64,000 bases of DNA, from NCBI GenBank assembly GCA_958009085.1, contig OY253672.1, positions 1,240,001 to 1,304,000 of the forward strand, read 5' to 3'. The notes below the pieces were generated by a model. It was not told the origin of the DNA. It searched no databases and saw only the letters and a list, made by a program, of their open reading frames with translations. This document shows positions 12,899-25,694 of this stretch, in pieces. Each line of letters opens with the position of its first letter. Position 1 is the stretch's first letter. This stretch comes from Protoeuglena noctilucae (lineage: Eukaryota). The translations under genes were made by a program, and so were the position numbers.

Positions 12899-15325
12899 AT
12901 GAGCAAAGTAGGGAGCAAGGGGGGGAAGGTGGCGAGCCCAACAAAAGATGCGGGGGCGACGTCCGAGGACAGGGGGACGCTGGACCGGCTGAGGACGGCT
13001 GCGGGCAAGGCTGCGAGCCGGGCAGCAAGCGGTACGGTGGCAGGTGCGTGGGATGCGCACCGCGCATTCGATGCATTATGCCGTGCTCGTTGCCTGGGTG
13101 GATGCGATTGCGGCGACTGCCTCGGTCGGGGGACTTTCGGCCATCAGCATGTGTCGCCCTGCGAGGATCCCCGCCGGCGCGGCGACGCACAGCCCCTGAT
13201 GTCGACCTGCAGGTGCTGCCATTGTCAGGGACGCCACGATCACTGCGGGCACGAGCGTACGCGACGCGAGCGTTCGCGGGGCCGCGTTCGTCAGCAGCAA
13301 GGCTCGCGAGGGCGCTAAGGCGAGTGCCCTGCGCCGTATCTCTGCTGTTCCTGGTCACTACGCGTACGAGATCATCAATTGGCACCATGTCCAGGTTTTA
13401 TGGACCTCTCCTTCGCAGGCCGTCCGCGGGAAATGGGAGGAGCTGACACCCGGGCAGCGCGACGGCGTGAAGACCGCGGGAGCCGTGTTTCTAGCGCTCC
13501 TTGTCATAAGGGTGCGTAAGGAAGCGTTTGGCCGGCGCGATGGGCGCCTCGTGCCATGCGCTGCCCGGGATGGCAGTGGATGCCGTCCCTTGCCGAGGTC
13601 CTGAACCGATGCATGCCGTAACTCCCGCAGCGCCTGCTGGGAGCCGTCCGGGGGAAGAAGGATCGCACTGTGCGCTACGCGGTGAACGGCAGCGCCCGGC
13701 ACGAGACGCGGGAGTTCTCGGCCTTGACCACGACCACGTCAACGTTGGACGGTTTTGCCACGCCCAAGGGCTCTCCCCTCAAGGCCGCTAACAGGGCGAG
13801 TGGCCGGCCGCGAGCTCTTGCGCGTTTGCGCCCCGGCTGTCCCGACAAGGCGGGCGATGGACGACGGTTTGCCTCGGGTCGCAGAGCATCCCCGGCTCGC
13901 CATCGAAGGCGGCTTCCCCGTCCAGGCCGTCTCCCTCCAGGCCCTCGTCCCCACGACCTCGTCCGCCACGCCCGGTGCGGAGCCGGATGACCCGGAAGCG
14001 CGTCGACGTGCTGGACGTGTCAGCAGGCGCCACCGCCCAGGCGGGGAAGGCAAGGCATCGGCGTATGGCCCATGAGGATGTCCCTCCTCCTTCCATCCCG
14101 CCATGCAACTGCGCTGCTTCTTCCCTGCAGGGGGAGTTCAGCGTCATGACGTACGGCTGCGTCACGGACCTCGCGGCAAGGGGTGTCAGCTATCGGCACA
14201 TCAAGCCCGACTTCCTCAAGTGGGAGCATAGGTGAGCATGACATGGAGCAAGCGAGGCGAGGCATTTGCATTTGCGTCGGTGCGAGGAGCTTGGGTGCGA
14301 CCCTGGGGACCTCGTATGCACCATGGCTTTGCGATCACGCAGGTTCCCGCTGCTGATGGAGCAGATCGTGCGGCACGGCGCGGACGTGGTGTGCCTCCAG
14401 GGGCTGGACCCGACCAACAAATCCTTTACGTGGCTGAGGACCATGCGCCAGCTGGGCTACGAGGGTGTCATCCAGGATCGCAGCAAGTCCGGGGGCTACA
14501 CGGCTGTGGTCAGTGGCAGAGAGCTCGCCATGGCGCGCCGGGGCATGCGGAGACGCAGTTGAAGAAGCCCGTCTGTCGTACCTCGCCCGCAGGCCACGTT
14601 CTGGCTGGCAAGCAAGTTTGAGAGGGCGCCCACGTGGGAGGATCACCGCCCGCGTGCCCTGCTGCTGGAGCTGCGCCCGCTGTGGCCCAAGGCGCGCCCT
14701 CTGCTCGTCGCCAACATGGACCTGGAGGGCCACCAGCACCGCCCGCAAGACCGGGTGCTCCAGGCGCGGGGCCTGCTGTCATCCATGGTGCGGCGTGCGG
14801 AGGAGAGGGGGGCCAAGACCCTGCACGCTGCCGTGGTCGCGTGCGGGAGCATCGGCGGGGACGTGACCAGCGGGGCGTACGAATTCGTGGTCGAGGGCAA
14901 CCTCCCCGAGGGGGCCACGGAGCCCTCCTCACCGGGCCTTGTGCTCACGGAGAGGGACGTCGCGCACCCCTTCACGCTCCAGGACGCGTACGCGGCCGTG
15001 AACGCCGAGGTGCCCTTCACCTACAAGCCCGCCTGGGCGCGCGAGGGGGTCGTCGAGGACTTCATCTTCCACAGCTCCGTCCTGGAACTCCGGGCCGTGG
15101 TGAGCACCCTCCTGCCGCATCCACATGCGTCCTCAGGGCTTTGACACTGGCGCCGCACGGCTCTGCTGCGATGTGCCATGACGTGGAACGTGCCACGTTC
15201 CGTGTGCTTTTGTGCCGCAGACGTGCCCCGCCAGCTACGCGGACGTCGGCGCCATGCGCACGCTCCCGAACGACCGCGTCCCTTCCGACCACCTGCCACT
15301 GGCCGCTGTCTTCAAGGCCTTCTAG
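12899..15325 (+). CDS. CCR4/nocturnin/Angel-like EEP-fold protein, probably catalytically degenerate; spliced
   Basis: FSVMTYG, LKWEHRFPLLMEQIVRHGADVVCLQG, LQDAY, FTY, DFIFHS and terminal PNDRVPSDHLPLAAVF match the EEP deadenylase layout. The N-terminal exons and start codon are less certain. Confidence 0.8.
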
Positions 15326-15674
15326 AGACGCCTAGGTTGCCAACATCCTAGCCATGCGTGTTGTGTGAGCAACATCGACGTGGCGCAGATGGGCCTCAGC
15401 CAGGCATCCATCGCTGCTAGGAATGATCGTGACATGCGGCCTCGTGCGTGTACCACCGTTAAGCAGACTTGCTTTGTCCACGACAACGTCAGAGCAGCGA
15501 TTCGATCGCCTTTAGGTTCCCCGGCACCGCAGCTGGGTCGATGTCAACAGGGGGCGGGCTCCTGCGTGGGGGAACAACAGTGGTAGCTTACTTGCCTATC
15601 GCGCCATCTCCGCCTGGTCGTCATGACAGGGCGATTGGAGGACGGCGCACGTTACCGCCGCATGCCGCAGCTAG

Positions 15675-16353
15675 TCACCGGATGCGCTCCAGGACCTCCT
15701 CGGCCTGTCTCTTCGCAGCCGCCGGTACGAGCTCGAGCAGGCCGTCGAACGCCTCGATGGCAGCACCTGCCTTTCCCCTCAGCGCGTCGCTATCCACGGC
15801 AGAGGAGGATCGGGAGGCTTGCAGGAGGGCCCCGTCAAAGTCGTTCAACGCATCGAAGACGGCCTTGACTGCCGCCTCCGCTTTGGCGCCCTGGGACGCC
15901 TCCTCGGCAGCGTAGAGCCCGATGGCACGCACTGTGTGCAGCCACGGTGGATGACTTGCGGAAGTCAGCAGCAGACGCTCCGGGATTGTTCGACACATGG
16001 GCTGCAAAAGACTCACCGTTCTCGCGGATGCCGTCAAACACCCCCGATCGCAGCTGCCGCCGGATGCCGGCCAGGTCCCCCCCCACAATCAGCTCCTTGA
16101 GCTGCACCAGCTCCGCGCGGGCTGCCAGGACTGGGGGAATGTACGTCTCGAGCGGGTCCAGTCGGCGCTTCTTAATGTATGCTCCCAAGCCCCTCTCCGC
16201 CGCCCGTGCGGCCTGATCCCTGAGCAATACAGGCGACACGACTAGGGAGGCCAGAGCCACGCGCCGGGTGGGGAGCAACTGGGGCCGCGAGCAGCTCGGC
16301 TCGGGCAAAGGCCCCAGCGCGGCATGGCGGCACGCTGGCCGGACCTCGAGCAT
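15675..16353 (-). CDS. Conserved plastid protein of unknown function, probably thylakoid-lumenal (Tat signal); spliced
   Basis: Twin-arginine signal TRRVALASL...AARA followed by YIKKRRLDPLETYIPPV...LRSG...RENVRAIGLYA...LLELVP, resembling a plant-conserved KKKLDPLExYVP family. Start may lie further upstream. Confidence 0.7.
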
Positions 16354-16565
16354 GCTCAGCGACGGACCCTACTCTACTGATGGAGGAGGAGATGCTCAAA
16401 ATGCCAAGGAATGATTGTGTCGAAAAGATTAGATTGGCTTTTCTTGCAGGTCAGGCCCCTCAAATGCGGGTCGAGAGGCGTCCCAGTTCCTCCCCGACGA
16501 CATCTCTAGGATATTTGCTTTCGAAATAAAACCAGGCCACCTCCATCGCTACCTTTGCTGCAACC

Positions 16566-17630
16566 ATGGCGCTGGCCACGACGCTTTCGTCGTCCCTCTC
16601 GTTCCCCGCCGCCTCGGCGACCCACAGCCGTCGGGTTGGCCCGGCCCCTCCGTCGAGGGTGAGCATGTCGATGGCCGCGATCCTCGGGAAATCCGCAGCG
16701 CTTGGTTAGAGGCGTGGATGGCTGGGTTCATGGCGCTGCGACCTAGTGGTCGCCTGCGATGCAGCCGACTGCGGCCACCGATTGGCGCATTGGTCGCTCA
16801 CCCGTGCAAATCAGACCGTTCTGAGTTAGGGACACAGCGTTTCGCTTTCCTGCTTGCAGGCTGCGCTGGCCGGGCGCCCTGTGCAGGGCGCTCGCGTGGC
16901 GGCACCCAGGTCCGCCCCGCGCTCGCGCCTGGTCGTCAATGCTAAGCAGGAGCTCATCCAGGTGGAGGTGGAGAAGCCGCTCGGGCTGAACTTCAAGCAG
17001 GGGGACAACGGCCTGGTGGTGACGGGGGCGTCGGGGAACGCCGCCAAGGCGGGGATCGAGAAGGGCGACACCATCCTCTACACCAGCTCCTTCTTCGGCG
17101 ATGAGCTCTGGCGAGTGTCTCGGCAGCTGCGGCGCCGATGTCCTTTGCGTAATGTCCTTTGCATTCCCCGGGCGTTGTGGGGGACGAGTTGGCAACAGCC
17201 GCGGCGCAACGCCCACAGGCCCTCGGACGCCGTGGGCTTCACGAGGTCTGCTATCAACGCCGCCCCCTCGCCCGTCTTCATCTCCTTCACGAAGGGCCCC
17301 AACGTCGACTACAACGTCAAGCGCCTGCCGAAGAAGCCGGCTCCCGCCCGCTTCGGCCGCCGCATGAACGCGGCGCAGAAGGCCCGGGCGACCCACATCT
17401 GCATCGACTGCGGGTACATCTACTGCGAGGAGACGCCCTTCGAGGAGGCCGGCCTCGACTACCGGTGCCCGCAGTGCAATGCGCCGCCCCGGCGCTTCGC
17501 GCGCTTCAACTCCCAGACGGGGGAGATCGACCAGTCGGAGCAGGCGTTCGCCCAGATCGGCACCATCCTCACCGTGGTCGTCGGGCTCGGGGCCGTGGGC
17601 TTCCTGTTCTACCTTGGGACCACGTTCTGA
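16566..17630 (+). CDS. ENH1: Chloroplast PDZ + rubredoxin protein (ENH1-like); 3 exons
   Basis: Transit-like exon 1 ([10 protein letters not shown]...), PDZ-like VEVEKPLGL...GNAAKAG...[12 protein letters not shown], rubredoxin [10 protein letters not shown]...CPQCNAP and a C-terminal transmembrane helix. Confidence 0.9.
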
Positions 17631-17857
17631 TGTCGCCACTGCCAGTCCCTGACGCGTGACTCTGCCCCAGGGCCTTCCCGCGTCGTGGCGATGCCCAGGC
17701 TCGCGGCGTCCGCGCGTTCGCACTTGGTTGATGGTTTCCGCGCTGCGTATCGCCGAGTTCTGAGCAGAAGCTGAGGCGTGCCACACGCACTCCTCCCCCG
17801 CCGCGTAGTCTTTGACCGGCGGAGGTCCGCGTCACGGTGTTTGAAATGCTGTAGGGA

Positions 17858-20800
17858 ATGGCGACTCGGATGGGGAGATTGCTGGCCGCAGCGGGCGTGC
17901 TGCTGGCTGCACTGGCAGGTGGCGGGCCACGGGAGGCGCAAACACGCAGATTCGCCGGTCTCGCGGCGCGTTGCCCCGCTTGTCGTTTACCGCTTGCAAT
18001 GGAGCGCTCAATTAAGTCGGCGACGCGCCCCCGATGCGTCATCAGCGGGCGGGCGGCGGAGAATTCGACGTTAGCTGTGGCACGCGAGCCCATCACTCCC
18101 GGCGCGGATCCCCTATGACGCCGCGTGCCCCTCCTCCCTCCCTCTCAGGAAGTGTGGGACTAGCGCTGGCGGAGGATCCGCCGAGGGAGGCGTTTGAGGG
18201 GGGCGGGCGGGAAGGTGACGCGTCAAGCCTTGGCCCCCTCGCTCCTGCGGGGCCCTGTCTGACTTGGTCTGTACGGTGCTTCTCGCAGATGGGGCAGGGT
18301 TGGCGAGGAATAAGTGGGACGAGGCGCAGGACACCCTCAAGCGGGTGTGTGCTGCGTCCTTGCCACCCTCGAGAGAATTTCCGCGGCCGGCCGCCAGCGA
18401 TGCGCGCCTGTCCTGGCCGACCCTTTTCTTTGACAGTCGGGCGATGCAAAGCGGCGCTGATTGCTTCCAGGTGAAGAAGGGGTCGCTCAAGGAGCAGCAC
18501 CACCGGTACGAGGCGGGGGACCACATCCCGCTTCTCGCCAACGTGGTCGGGCCGTACGCGAACCGCTCCGAGACGCGGGAGTACTACACGCTGCCCTTCT
18601 GCCAGCCCGAGGGCGGCGTGGAGTACATCGACCAGGACTTCGGGGAGCATTTGGCTGGGGACAGGTGCGTGCGTTCGATTCAAGTCATCCCGTCATGCGC
18701 CCATCGCTGCGACTGCACAGTCATCTAAAGGGACTGGCTCCTGAGTTTTGTGCGGAGAATCGCCCCGCAGACCATCACCAGAGGAACGATAGTGACCGCA
18801 GCGTGCGTTTGCGCCACTGCCGCCTCGCGTCATCGTCCCCGCAGGCTCGTCAGCACGCCCTACGTCCTGCAGTTCACCAAGGACGTCTCCAACGAGGTCA
18901 TCTGCACCAAGCAGCTTTCTGGCACGGACCTCGCGCTTTTCCGGGTCGCCATCGAGCGCGACACCTACTTCCAGATGTTCTTCGACGACCTCCCACTGGT
19001 GCGAGCGTGGGAGCAGCCGCAGGAGGAGTCGGCGGGAACGCGGTGACCCGCGCTTGGGTGGCAGAGGTGGCTGGGGTCATGACGGCCGTTCGTGCTCTGG
19101 CCGCAGTGGGGCATTGTGGGCAAGAAGGAGAGGGCTCAGGAGGACGAGGGGCAGGAAGCAGTGCGGTATATTCTTTTCACGCACCTCCACTTCGACGTGC
19201 ACTACAACGGGGACAACGGTGCGTGCTTTGGTACTGGGGACTGAGACGGGCAGCGTGCCACGATGGTATCTGGCAAAATGACATACCCTGCGCCATTGTC
19301 CTCCGATTTTTTGTGTTCGAGTCGCATTGTGGACCTCAACATTTACAACACTCCCCTCCGCAGTCATCGAGATCAACGTGTCGACAGACCCACGCAAGGC
19401 GGTGGACATCACAGATTTGAAGGGTGCCAACGTCGATTTCTCCTTCTCAAGTGAGATGTCACGGCATGTGTGAAACATTGCACGCAGGGGCTGCGAGCTC
19501 GCTTGCAGACCTGCCAATCATACTGCCCCTCATGCCGCCCCTCACGCCCCCCTTCCCCTCGCAGCCAAGTGGAAAGCGACGACGGTGCCGTTCGACCGGC
19601 GCCTGGACAAGTACTCCAAGTACAGCTTTCTGCCGGAGAACCTCGAGGTCCACTGGTTCTCCGTCATCAACAGCTGCATCACGGTGCTGATGCTCACGGC
19701 CTTCCTGGCCACCATCCTCGTCCGGGTGCTGCGCAAGGACCTGGCCGTGCAGTTCATGGGGAAGGACATGGAGGATGGCATGGATGACCACGACCAGGGC
19801 TGGAAGTCACTCAGGGGCGACGTGTTCCGCATGCCGCCCCGCCGGCCCTGGCTCTGCGCCATGGTCGGCGTCGGCGCACAGCTCATGACCATGGCCGTCA
19901 TCAGTGAGTGCGCGAGGCGCTGCGGCCTGTGCGATGATGAGTTCCGTTTCCGAGGCCGCTGTTGGCTCGTCCTGTGACTCCACTTAGTACTCGATCCCTT
20001 CGCGGTACGACCCTTGCAGTCTTCATGCTGGCGCTCCTGGGCCACTTCTACCCTTACAACCGCGGCGAGCTGATGGTCGCGCTGGTGCTGCTCTACGCCT
20101 TCTCCAGCGGTGTGGCGGGCTACGTCTCCGGCCGCTGGTTCAGCATGCTGGGCGGCACCGCTGCCGCCAGGACGTCCCCGTCGGACGATGACTGGGCCAA
20201 GACGGTCGTCATCACGGCCACGCTCCTCAACGGGCCCATCGTCGGCACTTTCATGTTCCTCAACACCACCGCCCTCATCTTCCGCTCCACCCAGGCGAGC
20301 CGCGGCTGCGTGTGATGGGGGCACGGTCCGGTAGCGGCGCCCTGGTTCAATGTCAGGCGAAGGCGCAGTGCGTGACGCATGACACGCCGTGTTCTCTGGC
20401 CTTCGCAGGCCCTCACCTTCTTCACCACCTTCAAGCTCGTCTCGCTGTGGCTGCTCGTCACGCTGCCCCTCCTCGTGGTGGGCATCATCAAGGGCAAAAA
20501 CTCAGGCGCCGCCTTCGAGGCCCCCTCGCGCACCAACCGCGTCGCGCGCAGGGTCCCGCCCAAGCCGTGGTACCTTGGAACGCTCGCCCAGGCGGCCATG
20601 GCCGGCGCGCTGCCCTTCTCAGCCATCTACATCGAGCTCTACTACATCTATGTGTCCCTGTGGGGCCACAAGATGTACACCATCTACTCCATCCTCCTCG
20701 TCGTCTTCGCCATCCTGCTCATCGTCACCGCATTCATCTCCGGTGAGGCGCCGTGTCGCCCAGGCCGGCACGCGCCCCGAGATGCACGCAGAGATGCTCA

Positions 20801-21221
20801 TGGGATGCTCATGCCGTTGCGCGCGTGCGCTCCACGGCCGCAGTGGCGCTGACGTACTTCCAACTGGCGGCCGAGGACCATCGGTGGTGGTGGCAGAGCG
20901 TGTTGAATGGGGGCTCCACGGGCATCTTCATCCTGGGCTACTCCATCTACTTCTGGTCCCAGAGCCAGATGCACGGGTGGCTGCAGTTCACCTTCTTCAT
21001 GGGGTACACCTTCCTGGTGAGTCTACTCTGTCGCTGCGGGCGGGGCCTCTGCGGGCGGGGCAGAGGCGGGGCTTTCGCGACCGCAGCAACGACATTACGG
21101 CTTGGTGTCCTCTTTGCAACTGCAGGCTTCGCTGGCCACCTTCATCCTGCTCGGCATGGTGGGCTTCCTGGCGTCCCTCGCCTTCGTCAAGTACATTTAC
21201 CAGGCCATCAAATCGGATTAG
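17858..21221 (+). CDS. Transmembrane 9 superfamily (EMP70/TM9SF) protein; spliced
   Basis: Signal peptide, ANVVGPYANRSETREYYTLPFC, YFQMFFDDLP, VHWFSVINS, GWKSLRGDVFR, LPFSAIYIEL and EDHRWWWQS. Ends with the Golgi-retention-type IKSD*. Confidence 0.96.
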
Positions 21222-21422
21222 GCACTGGCACCGACCATCTGGCGCGGCAGCACAGGCCCTGACCCCAACTAGGGAAGAACCTCGACACATTGCGACGCGT
21301 TTTTAACCTTACAGTCTCTCCTCCGCATCGCTGCTTGGCAAGACCCCAATCAGTGCACATCTGGGCCGAAATGCGAGCGTGAAGCTTAGAGCGTGGTCCG
21401 CGCTTCGTCAAAGAAGCTGTCC

Positions 21423-23027
21423 ATGGCTCGCGCAGCCGCACCTGCTGCGGATGTCTGTCTTGGAGTGGCGGGGGACCTCTGCAGGGCTGGGGATGAGGTC
21501 TCGTGCTTGGTGACAAAGGTATGGCGGCCTACCTGCCCCGTCTTGGGTCGACTGCAACTGCGTTCGAGCGCAAATGCGCATCTGCATTACGGTCGACGCA
21601 ATATGTGCTCGAGAGCGGCGCGGCCGTTCCGTCCGGCGCAGGTTGGCGGCGCGGCGGTCTGGATCCCTAACGGGCCGCCAGGTCCCGACCTCGTCCGATG
21701 CCCGGCGTGTGGGGGAACCATGACGCTCTTCCTACAAGCGTCTGCTCCACTGATTGCCACGCAGACCGAGGGCAGCGAGATCCCCGTGCGCAGCGTCTAC
21801 CTCCTCAGGTGGGCGGCGGCCAGGTTGCGCAGCTGCGCAACAGCCCACCGTGAGCCAGGCGGTCCTTACTGAGCTGCGCTGCGACTCCGACGCCTTTGCA
21901 GCTGTCTCAAGGATGGATGCGGTGGCAAGAGCGGGTCGTGGCGAGCGTGGCGGGGGCAGCTGCGCCCAGACACGGCCGACGGGGCAGGCAGGGACGTAGC
22001 CCAAGGTCCCTCAGAGGGCGGCGTGGCGTCTACCAGCAAGGAAGACGCGCCAAATACCTCGGACAGTGGCCGGGTTGCGCCAGCGGACCCATGGGCCACG
22101 GCTGGGGACGGGTGGGGCATCGGGGGTGGCTGGGGCGCGGGGCCCAGCACAGAGGCGGGGGCAGTGAGCGTGTCCGACCTGGCTGCAGCGCTGGAGGAGA
22201 CGCTCTCGAAAGCCGGGCCAAGCAAGCGACAAGGGCAGGGGCAGGGGCAGGTCAGGCGACGCATGCGCTCGTGACGCTTCGACTGATGGGGGCCTGTGGT
22301 TGGTGGTAGTCGAGCCTAGACTGCGAGCACGGCGCGGACAATCAACATGTGACCGTTCTCGACGCAGGGACCGGCCCCGCAGCGCGCCAACCCGAGCCAG
22401 GCGGGCGTGCAGGTGGAGCGCATGGGCCCGCCCTCGGGCCTCCCGCCCTTCTACCTGGTGGCTCAGGAGGAGCCCGCGGGTGCAGCCGGCCGGGGCGGCA
22501 AGTGGGCCGCTCGATTCGAGGCCGCGATGGCGGGAGCGGGGGCTCCCGGGGACGGTGCAGACGAGGAGGAGCTTCCAGGAGGGGTGGATGATGGGGGTGC
22601 CGACGCGCCCGTTCTGGCTCGCGCGGGGTGGCAGGGGGAGGTGTGGGAGGAGGACTCGGCCCTGGGTGCCGCGCCGGCTTACCTGAAATTCCAGGAGCGG
22701 CTGTTGAGGTCCCCAGAGCAGTGCGTGCGGTATGGGTTCCGAGGGGCGACCCTTTGGCCCGCACGTGCTGCGCCCCAGGCCCCGCCCTGCGCGGCGTGCG
22801 GTGCGCCGCGGGTGTTTGAGATGCAGGCGATGGCTCCTGTGCTGGCGATGCTGTCAGAGGCACGGGACTGGCATGTGGCTGAGGGTGCCCAGGCGGGAGG
22901 CCTCGCGAGCTTCCCCGGTGCGTGGGAGTGGCTCACGGTGGGCGTGTGGGCGTGCGCGCGGAGCTGTCATGTCGCTGACGGCGACGTCTGCTACGTGGAG
23001 GAACACGTGGCTGTCGCCACCGAGTGA
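21423..23027 (+). CDS. PDCD2L: PDCD2-like / TSR4 protein (PDCD2_C domain); spliced
   Basis: N-terminal TK|VGG...W, CPACG...LFLQASAPL...RSVYL; C-terminal YLKFQERLLRSPEQCVRYG...CAACGAPRVFEMQAM...WEWLTVGVWACARSC...VEE. Confidence 0.88.
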
Positions 23028-23268
23028 CGCACAGCACGCGAGTACGCATGTACCCTGGGCACCGTTGTGTGAGCGAGGCTGAGGTTGAGAAATGGGCTTT
23101 GAATACACGTGATGCTAAAGGATGCGCAGCCAAACTCTGCTGACGAGCTTCTACGTCTCTCAGACGTGCAATGTGCCGACGGGAGCACGTTTGGTATCGG
23201 AGCTAGCGAAAGGAAGTGGAGCCAGAGGGTGCTAGACAAGGAGAGCCTGTGGCACTAAAGCTGACCCT

Positions 23269-25121
23269 TCAATGCGCCGTGTGACCCCGGAAGGTCTCCA
23301 CCAGCGAAGCGCCAGACGGGGACGGGTGGCGCTCCCCGCTCGAAGCCCACGCGCCTCGCGCGGCCATTGCGTTGGCGCGGGCCAGCGCCACGGCCATCGC
23401 CTGGGCTTCCGGCACTCGGGACTGGTCCGCTGCCCAGATGTTGAGGACGCTGCGGGCGCACGAAGCAAGGGACCACAATCGTGCTGTCAATACCTCCAAC
23501 CGCACCATGGGGTGCGAGGTGCACCCAAGTTCGCTTGAGAGAGGCGATTGATACAGAATGTGCCAGCACGTCGTGGATACTGCAACGAGGCCACCCCGCT
23601 GCCACCAGCGATCATGTTAATTTGATGCCCGCACCTGGCCTGCAGTGCACGCCCAAAAGAGAAGGACAGGCTCCACGGCGCCCTGCCCTGTTCCCTCGCG
23701 AGGCAGTTGATTGCGTCCAAGTGACACGTGGCCAGCTCCTCTGATTGCCCGCCTGACAGGAACATGATGCCTGGCACGGCCGCGGGGACCGTACGCCGAA
23801 GCACGTCCAGCGTCATCTGCGAGAATAGGATGGGCCATTGGGCCTGAAGCAAGTGCTACAGATACCTTTCTTTGTCCGCAAACGCAATCTCTGATATGCT
23901 GCTGCACCACTGCTCTCGATGCCACACACCTGCGCGACGTCTCTGGGACTGGGGTTGGGACCCGCGAACGCCTCGCCCGGGACCACCATCTGCGGCTTGA
24001 TGAGACAGCCCTTCAGAACCACGTTCTTGGCCCACAGCGCCTTGACGCACTCGGCAATCACCATCTGCGAAGGTGGGGTCGCTGCCAATATCGCACTGGC
24101 TGCACCTGGCATGGCCACGATGCACCCCCCTGGCCCAGTTCCCACACAAGTGCCCCCGACTCGCACGCCGGGCCCTGCACTGCTCTAACCTGGGATGCCT
24201 CTGCGAACCGCTCCGCAGAGTGGTCGCCCTCGATGAGCACTTCCGGCTCCACGATGGGACACAAGCCCCGGGCCTGGCACACAGACGCGTAGCTGGCCAG
24301 CTCCTCGGCGTTTACCTGGGCCGCGTGCACCGAGGGCATCCCCGGGCCCACGCGCAGGGCCGCGCGCCACTTGGCGAACCGGGCTCCCTGGGCATAGTAA
24401 TTGGCACAGTTGGCGTCCAGGGTCCCGAGGCCCTTGGTGTGGGTCTCTGGGGCGCACCCCGGAATCTCCTCGAGGCCCTCGTCTACCTGTTCCGACAAGG
24501 GACGTGCTTGTGTAAGTCATCGGGTGGTCGCGGATGAGAGGCGCTGATGTAAGTCGTTGAGCTTCACCTTCACGCCCGGGACGATGCCTTGGCGACGCAG
24601 GTGATCTACGAACGAAACGCCGTCATCCGCGACCTGTGACAGCGTTTCCCGGAACAGGATAGCGCCCGAGAGGTGCTCCCTGCGACGAGGAGGTGGCCGC
24701 ACTCATTTGGCCTCCGCGCAAGAGCCCATGGTGCGAGTGTGATGATGCAGACGTCACTTACCCGATGCCGTCAGCCGTTACGAAGATCTGCCGGTACCTC
24801 CGGCGGGTATCCTGAGGGCGCGGCGCGGGACGTGTCGTGGCCATGGCTGGTCGCGCCGTGGTTCCCGCCAGCCGAGAGAGCTACGAAGCGTCGAGACCGA
24901 CATGTAGGATGCAGTTGCGCGAGACGGAGCGCGCACCTCGGTATTCTCCAGGCCCGCGGACGTGAGGCGCTTGCCGATCGTACCGGTGCTCTCGTCCGCC
25001 GCCAGGATCCCGCGCCCCGGCCTGAGAGCGGAGGCATGATGGTTGTCATCCAGGTGCGCTGCCGGCCATGGGGATTATCCATCGGCAGGCCGCGGTCGAC
25101 GAGACGCGGCAACGCATCCAT
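23269..25121 (-). CDS. FBA: Fructose-bisphosphate aldolase class I (divergent isoform); spliced
   Basis: [50 protein letters not shown], Schiff-base Lys in [21 protein letters not shown] and [12 protein letters not shown]. Confidence 0.95.
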
Positions 25122-25694
25122 CTGCTAACCAACAGAGAACTGCGCCATGCGTGGTTGATGCGAACTAGCAACGCACCACGCAAGTTTGTTAGCTGTCTCA
25201 ACGACCTCATCGATACTCATTGGCACGAATGTGAGCCCACTGGCCCCAGGGGCGCGCTGTTCAATTGGGGACGGCTGGTCTGGCAGTCAATCGCAGCGGT
25301 GAGAGAGCTGCCAATCCACAATCAAAGGCTGATCTCGCCTGTGACGGGCGCAGTGGTCATCGGATTTCGTCTTGGCTTAAACCCCTCTGGCTCTGACGCG
25401 ACGTGCCAGCCATGCCTTGCTCTAGGACATCTTGCCCCGATGCGGTGCAGGAGGGGGAGTTTTGGGTCGTTTGTGACAGCTCTGAAGGGGACAGTGCCCA
25501 GCAACTGTGCTGTGCGACAGGGCAAGGAGAAGAAGGATGCGATAGAAGACAGCGACATGTTCACCGCGTGAAAGCCACCAGTTATGCATCCCGTTAGCAA
25601 TTGCCTTTGTCGCTATCGAGTGCGCAGTCACAAGTCGCTGGCTTCGACTGCGAGGGCACGAAGTTACGCTTTATCAGAGGCAGCGGCAAGGAGA

